DNA of 64,000 bases, taken from positions 23,912 to 87,911 of the forward strand of contig CAYREV010000007.1 in NCBI GenBank assembly GCA_964423345.1. Reading direction: 5' to 3'. This stretch comes from an uncultured Balneolaceae bacterium. Its GTDB lineage: Bacteria > Bacteroidota > Rhodothermia > Balneolales > Balneolaceae. A program made the position numbers and the translations under genes. Shown piece by piece: positions 15,672 to 23,557 of this stretch. The notes beneath the pieces are model-generated. The model did no database searches and was not told the DNA's origin. It was given only the letters and a program-made list of their open reading frames with translations. Every line of letters starts with the position of its first letter. The first letter of the stretch is position 1.

Positions 15672-16535
15672 ATGAAAAAGATTTTTATTCCCACATTTTT
15701 AATCCTGGGGTTGCTGTTCCTGGTCATCACCTACTTCAAATATGCCCCCTCCTCTACTTCAGATGCATCCGATACAGGAGAAGGAAAACAGAAATCCACT
15801 GAAGTTATTGAGTTCTGGAACCACTACGACCGGGCAACCGACTTGCGAACCGCAGGAGAGTTTCAGCAAGCGACGGCAAGATACCGGGAAGCCCTCAAGA
15901 TTGATTCCACCCACTCTAATGCCCTCTACTATATGGGCAATATGCAGATGGTACTGGGCGACTATGCCGATGCCGAAAAATACTGGAACCGTTTGATCAG
16001 GCTTAATCCTGCCAGCGCACGCGCCCATATTCAACTGGGAACCCTTTACAGTTGCAGTGAAGAATTGAATAAACAACTGTACCACCCTCCAAAAGCCTTT
16101 GCCCATTTTAAAAAAGCCATGGAGATTAACCCCGAGGATACCGGTCCCATGCTGCAGATGGCCAAGATGGACCTCGTCAACAATCGCCTGAAAGAGGCCC
16201 GACAGAAACTGGCCGATGTTGTTTCCAGTAATTTCAGAAGCACGGAAGGCATCTTTTTACAGGGATACCTGGCCTGGAAAGATAAAGGTGCCGATGAAGC
16301 TACCACATACCTGGAAAAAGCCGCGGCCATTGTGAAAGGTGACGATGAACGATATGCCAATGCGGGCGAAGGTGAAACCTCGGGGGGAGACGATCCATTG
16401 GCCATGGCTGCTCTTCGTTGTAACCTGTACAGCGACCTTATCAAAAATTTGATTACCGCCCATCTGGAAGGGCGTTTATCCGGTACGGAACAGGTATACC
16501 GCAGCTTCGACAGGGAAATCGCTTCCTCCTCCTGA
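15672..16535 (+). CDS. TPR-repeat protein with N-terminal TM/signal anchor
   Basis: 287 aa. TPR-like 34-aa repeats ('ATARYREALKIDSTHSNALYYMGNMQMVLGDYADAEKYWNRLIRLNP'). It starts 2 nt after the CRTAC1 gene stop. Confidence 0.75.
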   Translation: MKKIFIPTFLILGLLFLVITYFKYAPSSTSDASDTGEGKQKSTEVIEFWNHYDRATDLRTAGEFQQATARYREALKIDSTHSNALYYMGNMQMVLGDYADAEKYWNRLIRLNPASARAHIQLGTLYSCSEELNKQLYHPPKAFAHFKKAMEINPEDTGPMLQMAKMDLVNNRLKEARQKLADVVSSNFRSTEGIFLQGYLAWKDKGADEATTYLEKAAAIVKGDDERYANAGEGETSGGDDPLAMAALRCNLYSDLIKNLITAHLEGRLSGTEQVYRSFDREIASSS

Positions 16536-16772
16536 CTGCCTATCCACTCCCCGAATGAATTATTGCCGGCTTAAAAAAATCAAAGCACTACTTTATTTAG
16601 TATTTAAGAGTATTTTATCTTAATTTAAGATGTATTGATTAGGAGTAACCTGACCCGGACGATAACCATCGAAAAGATCATCTTACCCAATTGAAATTAA
16701 TATCTGCACATGGCAACGACCCTACCGGTTTGAGCCTCTCAATATGAACCTTGAAAAACTGAGGACAACACC

Positions 16773-17225
16773 ATGAGTAATCAGGAACACCTATATGAAA
16801 TTGACATAAGCTGGGACGAAAACCGCATGGGAACGATGCGATCTCCCGTACTCGACGATGAGATACGGGTTGCCACACCCCCCGAATTCAATGGGGGTAT
16901 CGAGGGGATTTGGTCGCCGGAACATCTCTTCGTTGCTTCCATCAGCAGTTGTTTCATGACTACTTTCCTTGCTATTGCTGAATATTCGAAAATGGATTTT
17001 GAAAACCTTCAGGTTAATGCCATCGGCAAACTTGATAAAGTGGATGGGAAATTTATGGTCAGTGAAGTCACACTGAAACCGGTACTGGAAATTCATGACG
17101 AAAAATTTGCCGATAAGGCACGACGCCTCATGGAAAAAGCGGAGGCCGCGTGCCTGATCTCCCGGTCCGTAAAGACCGTTATTCATTTTGAGCCGAAGGT
17201 TGTAATTGGCGCCCTGAATTCCTAG
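16773..17225 (+). CDS. OsmC/Ohr-family peroxiredoxin-like protein
   Basis: 150 aa. 'WSPEHLFVASISSCFMTTF' and 'AEAACLISRS' are the two conserved Cys-containing segments of the OsmC family. Confidence 0.8.
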   Translation: MSNQEHLYEIDISWDENRMGTMRSPVLDDEIRVATPPEFNGGIEGIWSPEHLFVASISSCFMTTFLAIAEYSKMDFENLQVNAIGKLDKVDGKFMVSEVTLKPVLEIHDEKFADKARRLMEKAEAACLISRSVKTVIHFEPKVVIGALNS

Positions 17226-17236
17226 AACGTCCATCC

Positions 17237-18583
17237 ATGGAATATTACCGGAAATTTATCTCTTCTGTGGAATCGCTATATTTTCGAGGTGGTTTGCCAA
17301 CCTCACAAAATATAAACAGGGCCAAGGAGCACAAGATGGCAAGCGGGATAACATCCACTAACTCTCTTAAGCACGATCCCTTGTGGTCGGTTACCTTCGC
17401 CTGCTTTATGCTGGCAGCCCTAACGGGCTCCCTCTACCGCTACGGCATGATCGGCACCCTCCCCTGGGAATTGAGCCTCGACAATATTCGCCATGCACAT
17501 TCCCATCTTATGTTCTTCTCCTGGGCCGCCCCCCTCCCTCTCTATATATTCCTGCTAAAAATGAAGGGATGGGTCAACAGCCGGGATACCGCCATTCGAT
17601 GGATGAAAATATCTCTTTGGGCCTGCCTGGCTTTTGGACTTATATCCTACCCATTTTTTCTACTATACGGCTATCATCCGGTGCCGGTCGGTTCCTCGTC
17701 CCTTCCCCTGTCGGTTATCATGTCCGGCATGGTCATGCTCTCATGGTACCTCTACATGGGTAGTTATCTTACTCTAAGAAAAAAGTTGAGCAACCGAACC
17801 AAACCGTGGATGGAAGCTTCCATGTTCATGCTTTTTATCTGTTCACTTGGGGCATGGGGCGTTGCCCTGGTACAGGCACTGTTTCCGGAAGCCCATTTAA
17901 TGATGAAAGGGCTGACGCATTTTTTTCTTGCGGCTTTTACAGAAGGGTGGGTGGTTCTGGCCCTGCTCTCGATGCTGCTTGATGCCCTACCGCTGGATAA
18001 GCGCGCGCTTCCCCTATCCCAGCATACCCTTATCGGCATGATCGCCATAGGTGCACCCCTGACATTTCCCTATGGTATTTCTGAAACCCTTTTGTCTCCC
18101 CTCCTGCTGGTTGTTGCCCGTTTTGGGGGACTGGTTATTGCCACCGCTTTGCTCACCCTTCTTTACGGTATGTTTAAGTCGGCAACATGGGAAAAATCCC
18201 TTTGGAAATGGGTTCTCGGATTGCTTCTGCTCAAGGCCCTAATGCAGCTCAGTGCCTCCCTCCTGCCCTCCGGCTTCTGGCTTTCGGAACCTACGTTCCG
18301 GGTGTTGTACCTCCATCTGCTCCTGCTCGGGGCATTCACATTGGGCATGGTAGGATGGCTTCATCATAATTCAGAAGCACCCGACAGGCCCTATACCTTA
18401 TTTGCCTGGACTGTAGCTATTTTATTGGTCAGCCTGGTCACACTGAGCCCACTATGGCCCGGTTCCTGGAGAGGCATGTGGATTTTCTATTTTGTTTGGG
18501 GCGCTACCCTGCTGCCGGTATTAGCCCTTGCCTATGAATGGATAACCTTAAAAGTAACATACGGGGATACTTCGCATGAGTGA
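17237..18583 (+). CDS. Polytopic membrane protein with conserved His motifs (NnrS-like or HCO-helix-like; function unknown)
   Basis: 448 aa with about 12 hydrophobic helices. Motifs: 'RHAHSHLMFFSWAAP', 'LTHFFLAAFTEGW', 'LYLHLLLLGAFTLGMVGW'. The true start is probably the internal Met at 17336 ('MASGITS'). It lies 12 nt after the OsmC gene. Confidence 0.6.
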   Translation: MEYYRKFISSVESLYFRGGLPTSQNINRAKEHKMASGITSTNSLKHDPLWSVTFACFMLAALTGSLYRYGMIGTLPWELSLDNIRHAHSHLMFFSWAAPLPLYIFLLKMKGWVNSRDTAIRWMKISLWACLAFGLISYPFFLLYGYHPVPVGSSSLPLSVIMSGMVMLSWYLYMGSYLTLRKKLSNRTKPWMEASMFMLFICSLGAWGVALVQALFPEAHLMMKGLTHFFLAAFTEGWVVLALLSMLLDALPLDKRALPLSQHTLIGMIAIGAPLTFPYGISETLLSPLLLVVARFGGLVIATALLTLLYGMFKSATWEKSLWKWVLGLLLLKALMQLSASLLPSGFWLSEPTFRVLYLHLLLLGAFTLGMVGWLHHNSEAPDRPYTLFAWTVAILLVSLVTLSPLWPGSWRGMWIFYFVWGATLLPVLALAYEWITLKVTYGDTSHE

Positions 18584-18683
18584 TATCAGAAATGAAGAGG
18601 ATATCAGTAAACTGGTTCACACCTTCTATCAAAAGGTGCAAAAAGATAGCTGCAACGGGAAGGCAAACTTGAAGAATAAATAA
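18576..18683 (+). pseudogene. Possible remnant of a truncated-haemoglobin (trHb group II/III) gene, N-terminal 25-35 codons only
   Basis: My own translation: 'MSDIRNEEDISKLVHTFYQKVQKDSCNGKANLKNK*'. The 'I..LV..FY.KV.KD' segment matches the conserved N-terminal helix of trHbs (for example 'IAKLMEIFYEKVRKD'). The reading frame then stops, and no continuation exists in the other frames. Confidence 0.3.
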
Positions 18684-18718
18684 TATGAAGAGAATTAAAA
18701 CCCACTAGATGAATTGAC

Positions 18719-19162
18719 ATGCCAAAAATTGCACGGATATTTATTAAAACCGGACTGCTCTTCTTTCTAGCTTCCCTGCTGGCGGGCATTGCACTCGAAG
18801 TAGACTCGTGGAGTTTTCCCGCCCTGATGCCGCTCTTCTGGCATATGCTTATGGTGGGCTGGATAACCCAAATCATTTTTGGGGTTTCTATCTGGATGTT
18901 TCCGGGCCGAACACGCGACAAGGGATTTCGGGTGTATTACTGGAGCTGGCTCACCTATATACTGTTAAATACCGGATTGGCACTGCGAATTATCGCCGAA
19001 CCCTTGATCGCCCTATCCGGCCACGAATTTTGGGATATCCTCGCCGTCTTATCGGCTGCATTTCAATGTGCTTCGGGAATTACCTATATCATCGATATGT
19101 GGCCGCGCATTCAATCCAAAGAACAACTGATTAAAAACAGAAAGAAACGATCGGCCGGTTAA
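18719..19162 (+). CDS. Four-TM membrane protein, His-x6-GW motif family (paralogue of 19192-19608)
   Basis: 147 aa. 'WHMLMVGWITQIIFGVSIWMFP' parallels 'IHIEIMLFGWIIQLTLGTAYWILP' of the next ORF and resembles the helix-X region of cbb3/NOR-type HCOs. Confidence 0.55.
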   Translation: MPKIARIFIKTGLLFFLASLLAGIALEVDSWSFPALMPLFWHMLMVGWITQIIFGVSIWMFPGRTRDKGFRVYYWSWLTYILLNTGLALRIIAEPLIALSGHEFWDILAVLSAAFQCASGITYIIDMWPRIQSKEQLIKNRKKRSAG

Positions 19163-19191
19163 TTCATTCATAACCTCTAAAATATTCACTC

Positions 19192-19608
19192 ATGCCTGCT
19201 CCAAGCCGGTGGATGATCCGCTGCTCTTTTGCCTATTTGATTTTTGGTTTCCTTCTCGGTGGAATCCTGCTGACCCACAAAGCCTATCCTCTGCATCCTT
19301 CAGTCTGGTTCCTGCTTCCCATTCATATTGAGATTATGCTCTTTGGCTGGATCATCCAGCTGACATTGGGAACAGCCTACTGGATTTTGCCCCGTTTCCT
19401 GGAAAGTCCCCAGCGGGGAAAACCGGTATTGGCAGTCATAATGGTCATCTTTTTGAACCTGGGCATCTCCTTTGTTGTTGTCGATGCCTTGGTGTCTACG
19501 GACATTCCCCTAAAGCTTTACGGAAGGCTATTGGAACTCGCAGCCGTTGCCCTATTTATCTCACTGCACTGGAAACGGGTGGTAGCCTATCAAAGAAGCC
19601 TCAGTTAA
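19192..19608 (+). CDS. Four-TM membrane protein, His-x6-GW motif family (paralogue of 18719-19162)
   Basis: 138 aa with the same topology and motif as the preceding ORF. Confidence 0.55.
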   Translation: MPAPSRWMIRCSFAYLIFGFLLGGILLTHKAYPLHPSVWFLLPIHIEIMLFGWIIQLTLGTAYWILPRFLESPQRGKPVLAVIMVIFLNLGISFVVVDALVSTDIPLKLYGRLLELAAVALFISLHWKRVVAYQRSLS

Positions 19609-19637
19609 AATTAAGCAAACCCATTAAATAATTTTTC

Positions 19638-20924
19638 ATGTCATTTGATTCAAAATATACAACAGCAGAAGAAGCAGTTAAGCTTATCAATTCCGGCGAT
19701 CGGATCTTTATCCACAGCGTGGCGGCCGCTCCACAGCCGTTGATCAACGCAATGACCGATCGGGCCCCGGAACTTGATGATATTGAAATTGTACACTTGC
19801 ACACCGAGGGAGAAGCACCCTACGCCGAGCCCGAATACAGCGACACCTTTCATACCAACGCACTTTTTGTGGGGGCCAATGTACGAAAGGCCGTTAACGA
19901 AGGCAGTGCCGATTACCTACCGATATTTCTTAGTGAAGTCCCCGGCCTCTTTCGCCGCAATATCCTGCCGGTTGACATGGCCCTGGTGCAGGTTTCTCCC
20001 CCCGACAAACACGGCTATTGCTCTCTGGGTGTTTCGGTAGATGCCAGCCGGGCAGCCCTGCAGTGTGCCGAGAAAGCCATCGCCCTGGTCAACCCCAACA
20101 TGCCACGAACACACGGAGACGGCATATTCCACGCCAGCCGTTTTAATGCCTTGGTCGAAAGCGAGGAACCGCTGCATGAGCTTGCCCTACCCGAGCCGAA
20201 CGAGGTGGAGCAAAAAATCGGCCGAAACTGCGCCGGACTGGTTGAAAACGGGGCTACCCTGCAGATGGGTATAGGGGCCATTCCCAATGCCGTTCTGCAG
20301 GCTCTTCATGGCCATAAAGACCTGGGCATCCATACCGAAATGTTTAGCGACGGGGTTATAGACCTGGTAGAGCGAGGGGTCGTTAACGGCAAGAATAAAA
20401 CCACTCACCCTGAAAAAATCGTGGCAGGTTTTGTAATGGGCAGCAGGAAACTGTACGACTTTGTAGATGACAACCCCATGCTTGCCATGCTGGATATAGC
20501 CTATGTGAACGATACGGCCGTCATCCGTAAAAACCCAAAGGTAACCGCCATCAACAGTGCCATTGAAGTCGATATTACCGGACAGGTATGCGCCGATTCC
20601 ATCGGAACCTACCACTACTCCGGGGTAGGCGGACAGATGGACTTTATCCGCGGGGCTTCACTCAGCGAAGGCGGCAAACCTATTATCGCCCTGCCTTCTA
20701 CCACCGCCAAGGGGGAAAGTAAAATCGTGCCCTACCTTAAACAGGGAGGGGGCGTGGTTACTACCCGGGCCCACGTTCATTATGTGGTTACAGAATACGG
20801 GGTGGCTAATCTGTATGGGAAAAATCTAAGCCAGCGTGCCAGGGCACTGGTTGAAATAGCCCACCCCGACCACCGTGAAGAACTGGAACGGGCAGCAGCA
20901 GAACGGTTTAACCATACGCACTAG
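19638..20924 (+). CDS. Acetyl-CoA hydrolase/transferase family protein (4-hydroxybutyrate CoA-transferase-like)
   Basis: 428 aa. 'TAEEAVKLINSGDRIFIHSVAAAPQPLINAM', 'LQMGIGAIPNAV', 'HTEMFSDG' and 'SAIEVDITGQV' are typical family motifs. Confidence 0.85.
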   Translation: MSFDSKYTTAEEAVKLINSGDRIFIHSVAAAPQPLINAMTDRAPELDDIEIVHLHTEGEAPYAEPEYSDTFHTNALFVGANVRKAVNEGSADYLPIFLSEVPGLFRRNILPVDMALVQVSPPDKHGYCSLGVSVDASRAALQCAEKAIALVNPNMPRTHGDGIFHASRFNALVESEEPLHELALPEPNEVEQKIGRNCAGLVENGATLQMGIGAIPNAVLQALHGHKDLGIHTEMFSDGVIDLVERGVVNGKNKTTHPEKIVAGFVMGSRKLYDFVDDNPMLAMLDIAYVNDTAVIRKNPKVTAINSAIEVDITGQVCADSIGTYHYSGVGGQMDFIRGASLSEGGKPIIALPSTTAKGESKIVPYLKQGGGVVTTRAHVHYVVTEYGVANLYGKNLSQRARALVEIAHPDHREELERAAAERFNHTH

Positions 20925-21058
20925 ATAAGGCCGGCCCGGGGCCCGCTCTTATGAAATAAATCCACATAAGGATAGATTTATTCAACAAGATGCTTCACGG
21001 CTTTCCCCTGCAGGAAACCAAGGGTTGCCCCTCATTTTTAAATCTGCCTGAACGGTAA

Positions 21059-21106
21059 ATTGCAGATTTGCAATCTCCCGTTTTTATCTATTGCACGAGT
21101 GCAATA
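21059..21106. promoter_or_regulatory. Pair of TTGCA-N4-TGCAA palindromes (candidate sigma-54 activator UAS) upstream of the porin gene
   Basis: ATTGCA-GATT-TGCAAT (21059-21074) and TATTGCA-CGAG-TGCAATA (21089-21106). Centres are 31 bp apart. Confidence 0.5.
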
Positions 21107-21220
21107 AAATCAATCTTCCCCCTTGGGCACGGGAAAAAAATAATAATATCAATCTTCATTTTAGTGCTTTAGAGGGCATCCAGGGAATATTTTCTCATTT
21201 TTTTCCAAAATCCGCCAGTT

Positions 21221-21236
21221 TGGAACGCATCTTGTA
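21221..21236 (+). promoter_or_regulatory. Sigma-54-like -24/-12 element TGGAAC-N5-TTGTA
   Basis: It has the same TGGAAC -24 box as the yceI promoter and the correct spacing, but the -12 box is TTGTA instead of TTGCA. It lies 60 bp upstream of the ATG at 21296 and about 125 bp downstream of the palindrome pair. Confidence 0.4.
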
Positions 21237-21295
21237 TAACTAAAAGCGAAACGATTAAAACATGTTGTACTAATCCAAACAAAAGAGGCTATACC

Positions 21296-22585
21296 ATGAA
21301 ACACCTATACAAACAAGTTACCCTGGTTCTTATCGCACTACTCGTTGGTACGGGAACCTTATTTGCCCAGCAGACCCGAGATCTGCAATTTTTCCGCTAT
21401 CCGGATCAGCGCGGGATTAATATGTTCGAAGCCCCCTTCCAGACAGACGTCGAATTTGACGGCGTTCAGGTTCGCCTGGGCGGTGCAAGTACCCTGCAAT
21501 TCCAGGGAATCACTCAGGATAATACGGCCGGTACGCTAAGCGAACTCGAATCCAACTTCAACCTGGCAACGGCAAACCTGGATTTTGATGTTGCTCTTGA
21601 AAACGGACTCCGTATGCATCTGCGCACCTATCTATCCTCCCAGCACCACCCCGAAGCCTGGGTGAAAAGTGGGTATTTACAGGTTGACCGGCTGGATTTC
21701 ATCCAGGAAGACCTGATGTCGGACCTGATGGATAAAGTTCGCATCAAGCTCGGCCACATGGAGATCAACTACGGCGATGCCCATTTCCGCCGAACGGATA
21801 ACGCCATGGCTCTCTACAATCCGTTTGCAGGAAACTACCTCATGGATTCTTTCTCCACGGAAGTAGCGGGAGAGCTCTATTACTACGACTACAATAAGGG
21901 CATCCTGGTCATGATTGGCCTGTCCAATGGCAAACTGAACCAGTCCGTGGTGGCCTCCGAGCCCGAAACCACTCCCAATTTTTACGGGAAACTGGGCTAT
22001 GACAAACAGATGAATGATGATATGAGATTTCGCCTGACGGCCTCGTTCCTGACCTCCGGTGAAAGCGGCTCCCTGTATCTCTACTCCGGAGACCGCGCCG
22101 GATCCCGCTACTATAGCGTAATGGATGAAGGCTTCCGCAGCGGACGCTTTGCACCCGACTATACCGTATCCGGCTTTGCACCGGGCGGGCCCATTGCCGG
22201 GGAAATGACCTCCTTCATGATCAACCCCTTCGTGAAGTTCCAGGGACTCGAGTTCTTCGGGCTGTATGAAAATGTTTCCGGCAAACGTGCCACCGAAACC
22301 GACACCCGCACATTCAACCAGTATGGTGCCGAGGTGCTGTATCGTTTCGGAGCCGGTGAGGACTTCTACCTCGGCGGCCGATACAACCTGGTGGAGGGAA
22401 CGACCGTGGGAGGCGATATCGAAATTTCCCGACTCAATATCGGCGGCGGCTGGTTCCTCACCAAGAACGTACTGACCAAGCTCGAATATGTAACCCAGAG
22501 CTACGACGGTGACGGATACACCGGCAGTAAGTACGAGGGTGGAGAGTTTAACGGAATCATGCTCGAAGCCGCTATCAGTTTCTAA
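21296..22585 (+). CDS. Outer-membrane beta-barrel protein (porin-like), function unknown
   Basis: 429 aa. Signal peptide 'LIALLVGTGTLFAQQ', alternating amphipathic strands, and a C-terminal aromatic residue ('MLEAAISF'). Confidence 0.6.
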   Translation: MKHLYKQVTLVLIALLVGTGTLFAQQTRDLQFFRYPDQRGINMFEAPFQTDVEFDGVQVRLGGASTLQFQGITQDNTAGTLSELESNFNLATANLDFDVALENGLRMHLRTYLSSQHHPEAWVKSGYLQVDRLDFIQEDLMSDLMDKVRIKLGHMEINYGDAHFRRTDNAMALYNPFAGNYLMDSFSTEVAGELYYYDYNKGILVMIGLSNGKLNQSVVASEPETTPNFYGKLGYDKQMNDDMRFRLTASFLTSGESGSLYLYSGDRAGSRYYSVMDEGFRSGRFAPDYTVSGFAPGGPIAGEMTSFMINPFVKFQGLEFFGLYENVSGKRATETDTRTFNQYGAEVLYRFGAGEDFYLGGRYNLVEGTTVGGDIEISRLNIGGGWFLTKNVLTKLEYVTQSYDGDGYTGSKYEGGEFNGIMLEAAISF

Positions 22586-22613
22586 CGCATAGCCCACCTC
22601 CCCCAACCCCTAA

Positions 22614-22648
22614 GCGGTGCTGCTATAAAAGGCAGCATCGCTTTTTTT
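22614..22648 (+). terminator. Intrinsic terminator after the porin-like gene
   Basis: GCGGTGCTGC-TATAAAAG-GCAGCATCGC stem-loop (one G-U pair) followed by TTTTTTT. Confidence 0.7.
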
Positions 22649-22801
22649 ATGCTCCTGTTTTCTGCCTGTTCCCTCCTATGATTAATAGCTATGGCAAATG
22701 CTTACTGTCCATTGGGCTAACGGCCAAGCCGGTGCTATAACTACCGTTGGAATTTGCCTAACAGGTATAGCAATGGAAGGTGTAGTTGTAGCTAAATTCG
22801 G

Positions 22802-23167
22802 TCAGAGCCGGGGAGACAACAGGCTTTCAACCTGATGCAAAAGCTCATCAAAAAAGAAAGGTTTGATAAGAAAGGCTACCGATTCGAATCCCTCGAGATC
22901 AAACGGATTGTCATAAGATCGAATAACAAGCAAGGGAGGGGAAATCGAAAATCTGCTATATGCCGAACGAAAACTATCCAGGTCGTCATGCAGTATATCC
23001 AAATCTACCAATATAAGGTCGGGCCTGCAGTCCCGGAGAGTATCCAGCAGGGATTGAAGGTCGGGAACCGACAGGCAATCGTACTGCTCATCCTCCAAAA
23101 CCAGCGCAACGGACTCCCGAATTGCTTCTTCGGGTTCTGCAACTACTATCATGGATTTTTTCGACAT
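22802..23167 (-). CDS. Stand-alone response-regulator receiver domain protein
   Basis: 121 aa. 'MIVVAEPEEAIRESVALVLEDEQY...PDLILVDLDIL' has the CheY-like acidic pocket and phospho-acceptor Asp context. There is no output domain. Confidence 0.7.
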   Translation of the reverse strand: MSKKSMIVVAEPEEAIRESVALVLEDEQYDCLSVPDLQSLLDTLRDCRPDLILVDLDILHDDLDSFRSAYSRFSISPPLLVIRSYDNPFDLEGFESVAFLIKPFFFDELLHQVESLLSPRL

Positions 23168-23341
23168 GACCGGCAGGGATGGTTAACATTTTCTGTTATT
23201 CGTTCTCAATAGATAATGCAATAGTGATACCAAACAGGCAGTCAGGCCTCTCTTTTCTTTTCAAACGGGATTTAACTAAACGGCAGGGACAATAATTGTT
23301 TAAAAGGCTGGTCCTGCCTCCCTTTGCCAATCATACATCTG

Positions 23342-23387
23342 TTGCATTCCTGCAAGGGAAATCAAATGACGGTATGCAAGTATGCAA
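23342..23387. promoter_or_regulatory. Pair of TTGCA-N4-TGCAA-type palindromes (candidate UAS) upstream of the yceI operon
   Basis: TTGCA-TTCC-TGCAA (23342-23355, perfect) and ATGCA-AGTA-TGCAA (23374-23387, one mismatch). Centres are 32 bp apart and lie about 118-150 bp upstream of the -24 box. Confidence 0.5.
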
Positions 23388-23495
23388 ACCACCTGAACGA
23401 GTTGGGCTTGTGCGATGTTTCGAAAATAGCCAGCCATGTTCCGGAGTGCTTATAGACCTATTTTCCCCTGGAAATTTTAGGTGAGCCGACGGTTT

Positions 23496-23511
23496 TGGAA
23501 CGATGATTGCA
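23496..23511 (+). promoter_or_regulatory. Sigma-54 promoter TGGAAC-GATGA-TTGCA
   Basis: It matches TGGCAC-N5-TTGCA at 10 of 11 specified positions with correct GG/GC spacing. It lies 47 bp upstream of the ATG at 23558. A sigma-54-dependent response regulator is encoded about 2.5 kb downstream. Confidence 0.65.
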
Positions 23512-23557
23512 TCTATAATAAGTAAACAAGGCAATCACCAACCCTAATCCCTCAATT

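Noticed and set aside
23206-23228. Direct repeat CAATAGA-TAATG-CAATAGT upstream of the stand-alone receiver gene, sharing the TCAATAGA half-site with the HCO operators.
   Set aside because: It is not arranged as an inverted repeat with an 8-bp spacer. A single shared 7-mer in AT-rich DNA is weak evidence.
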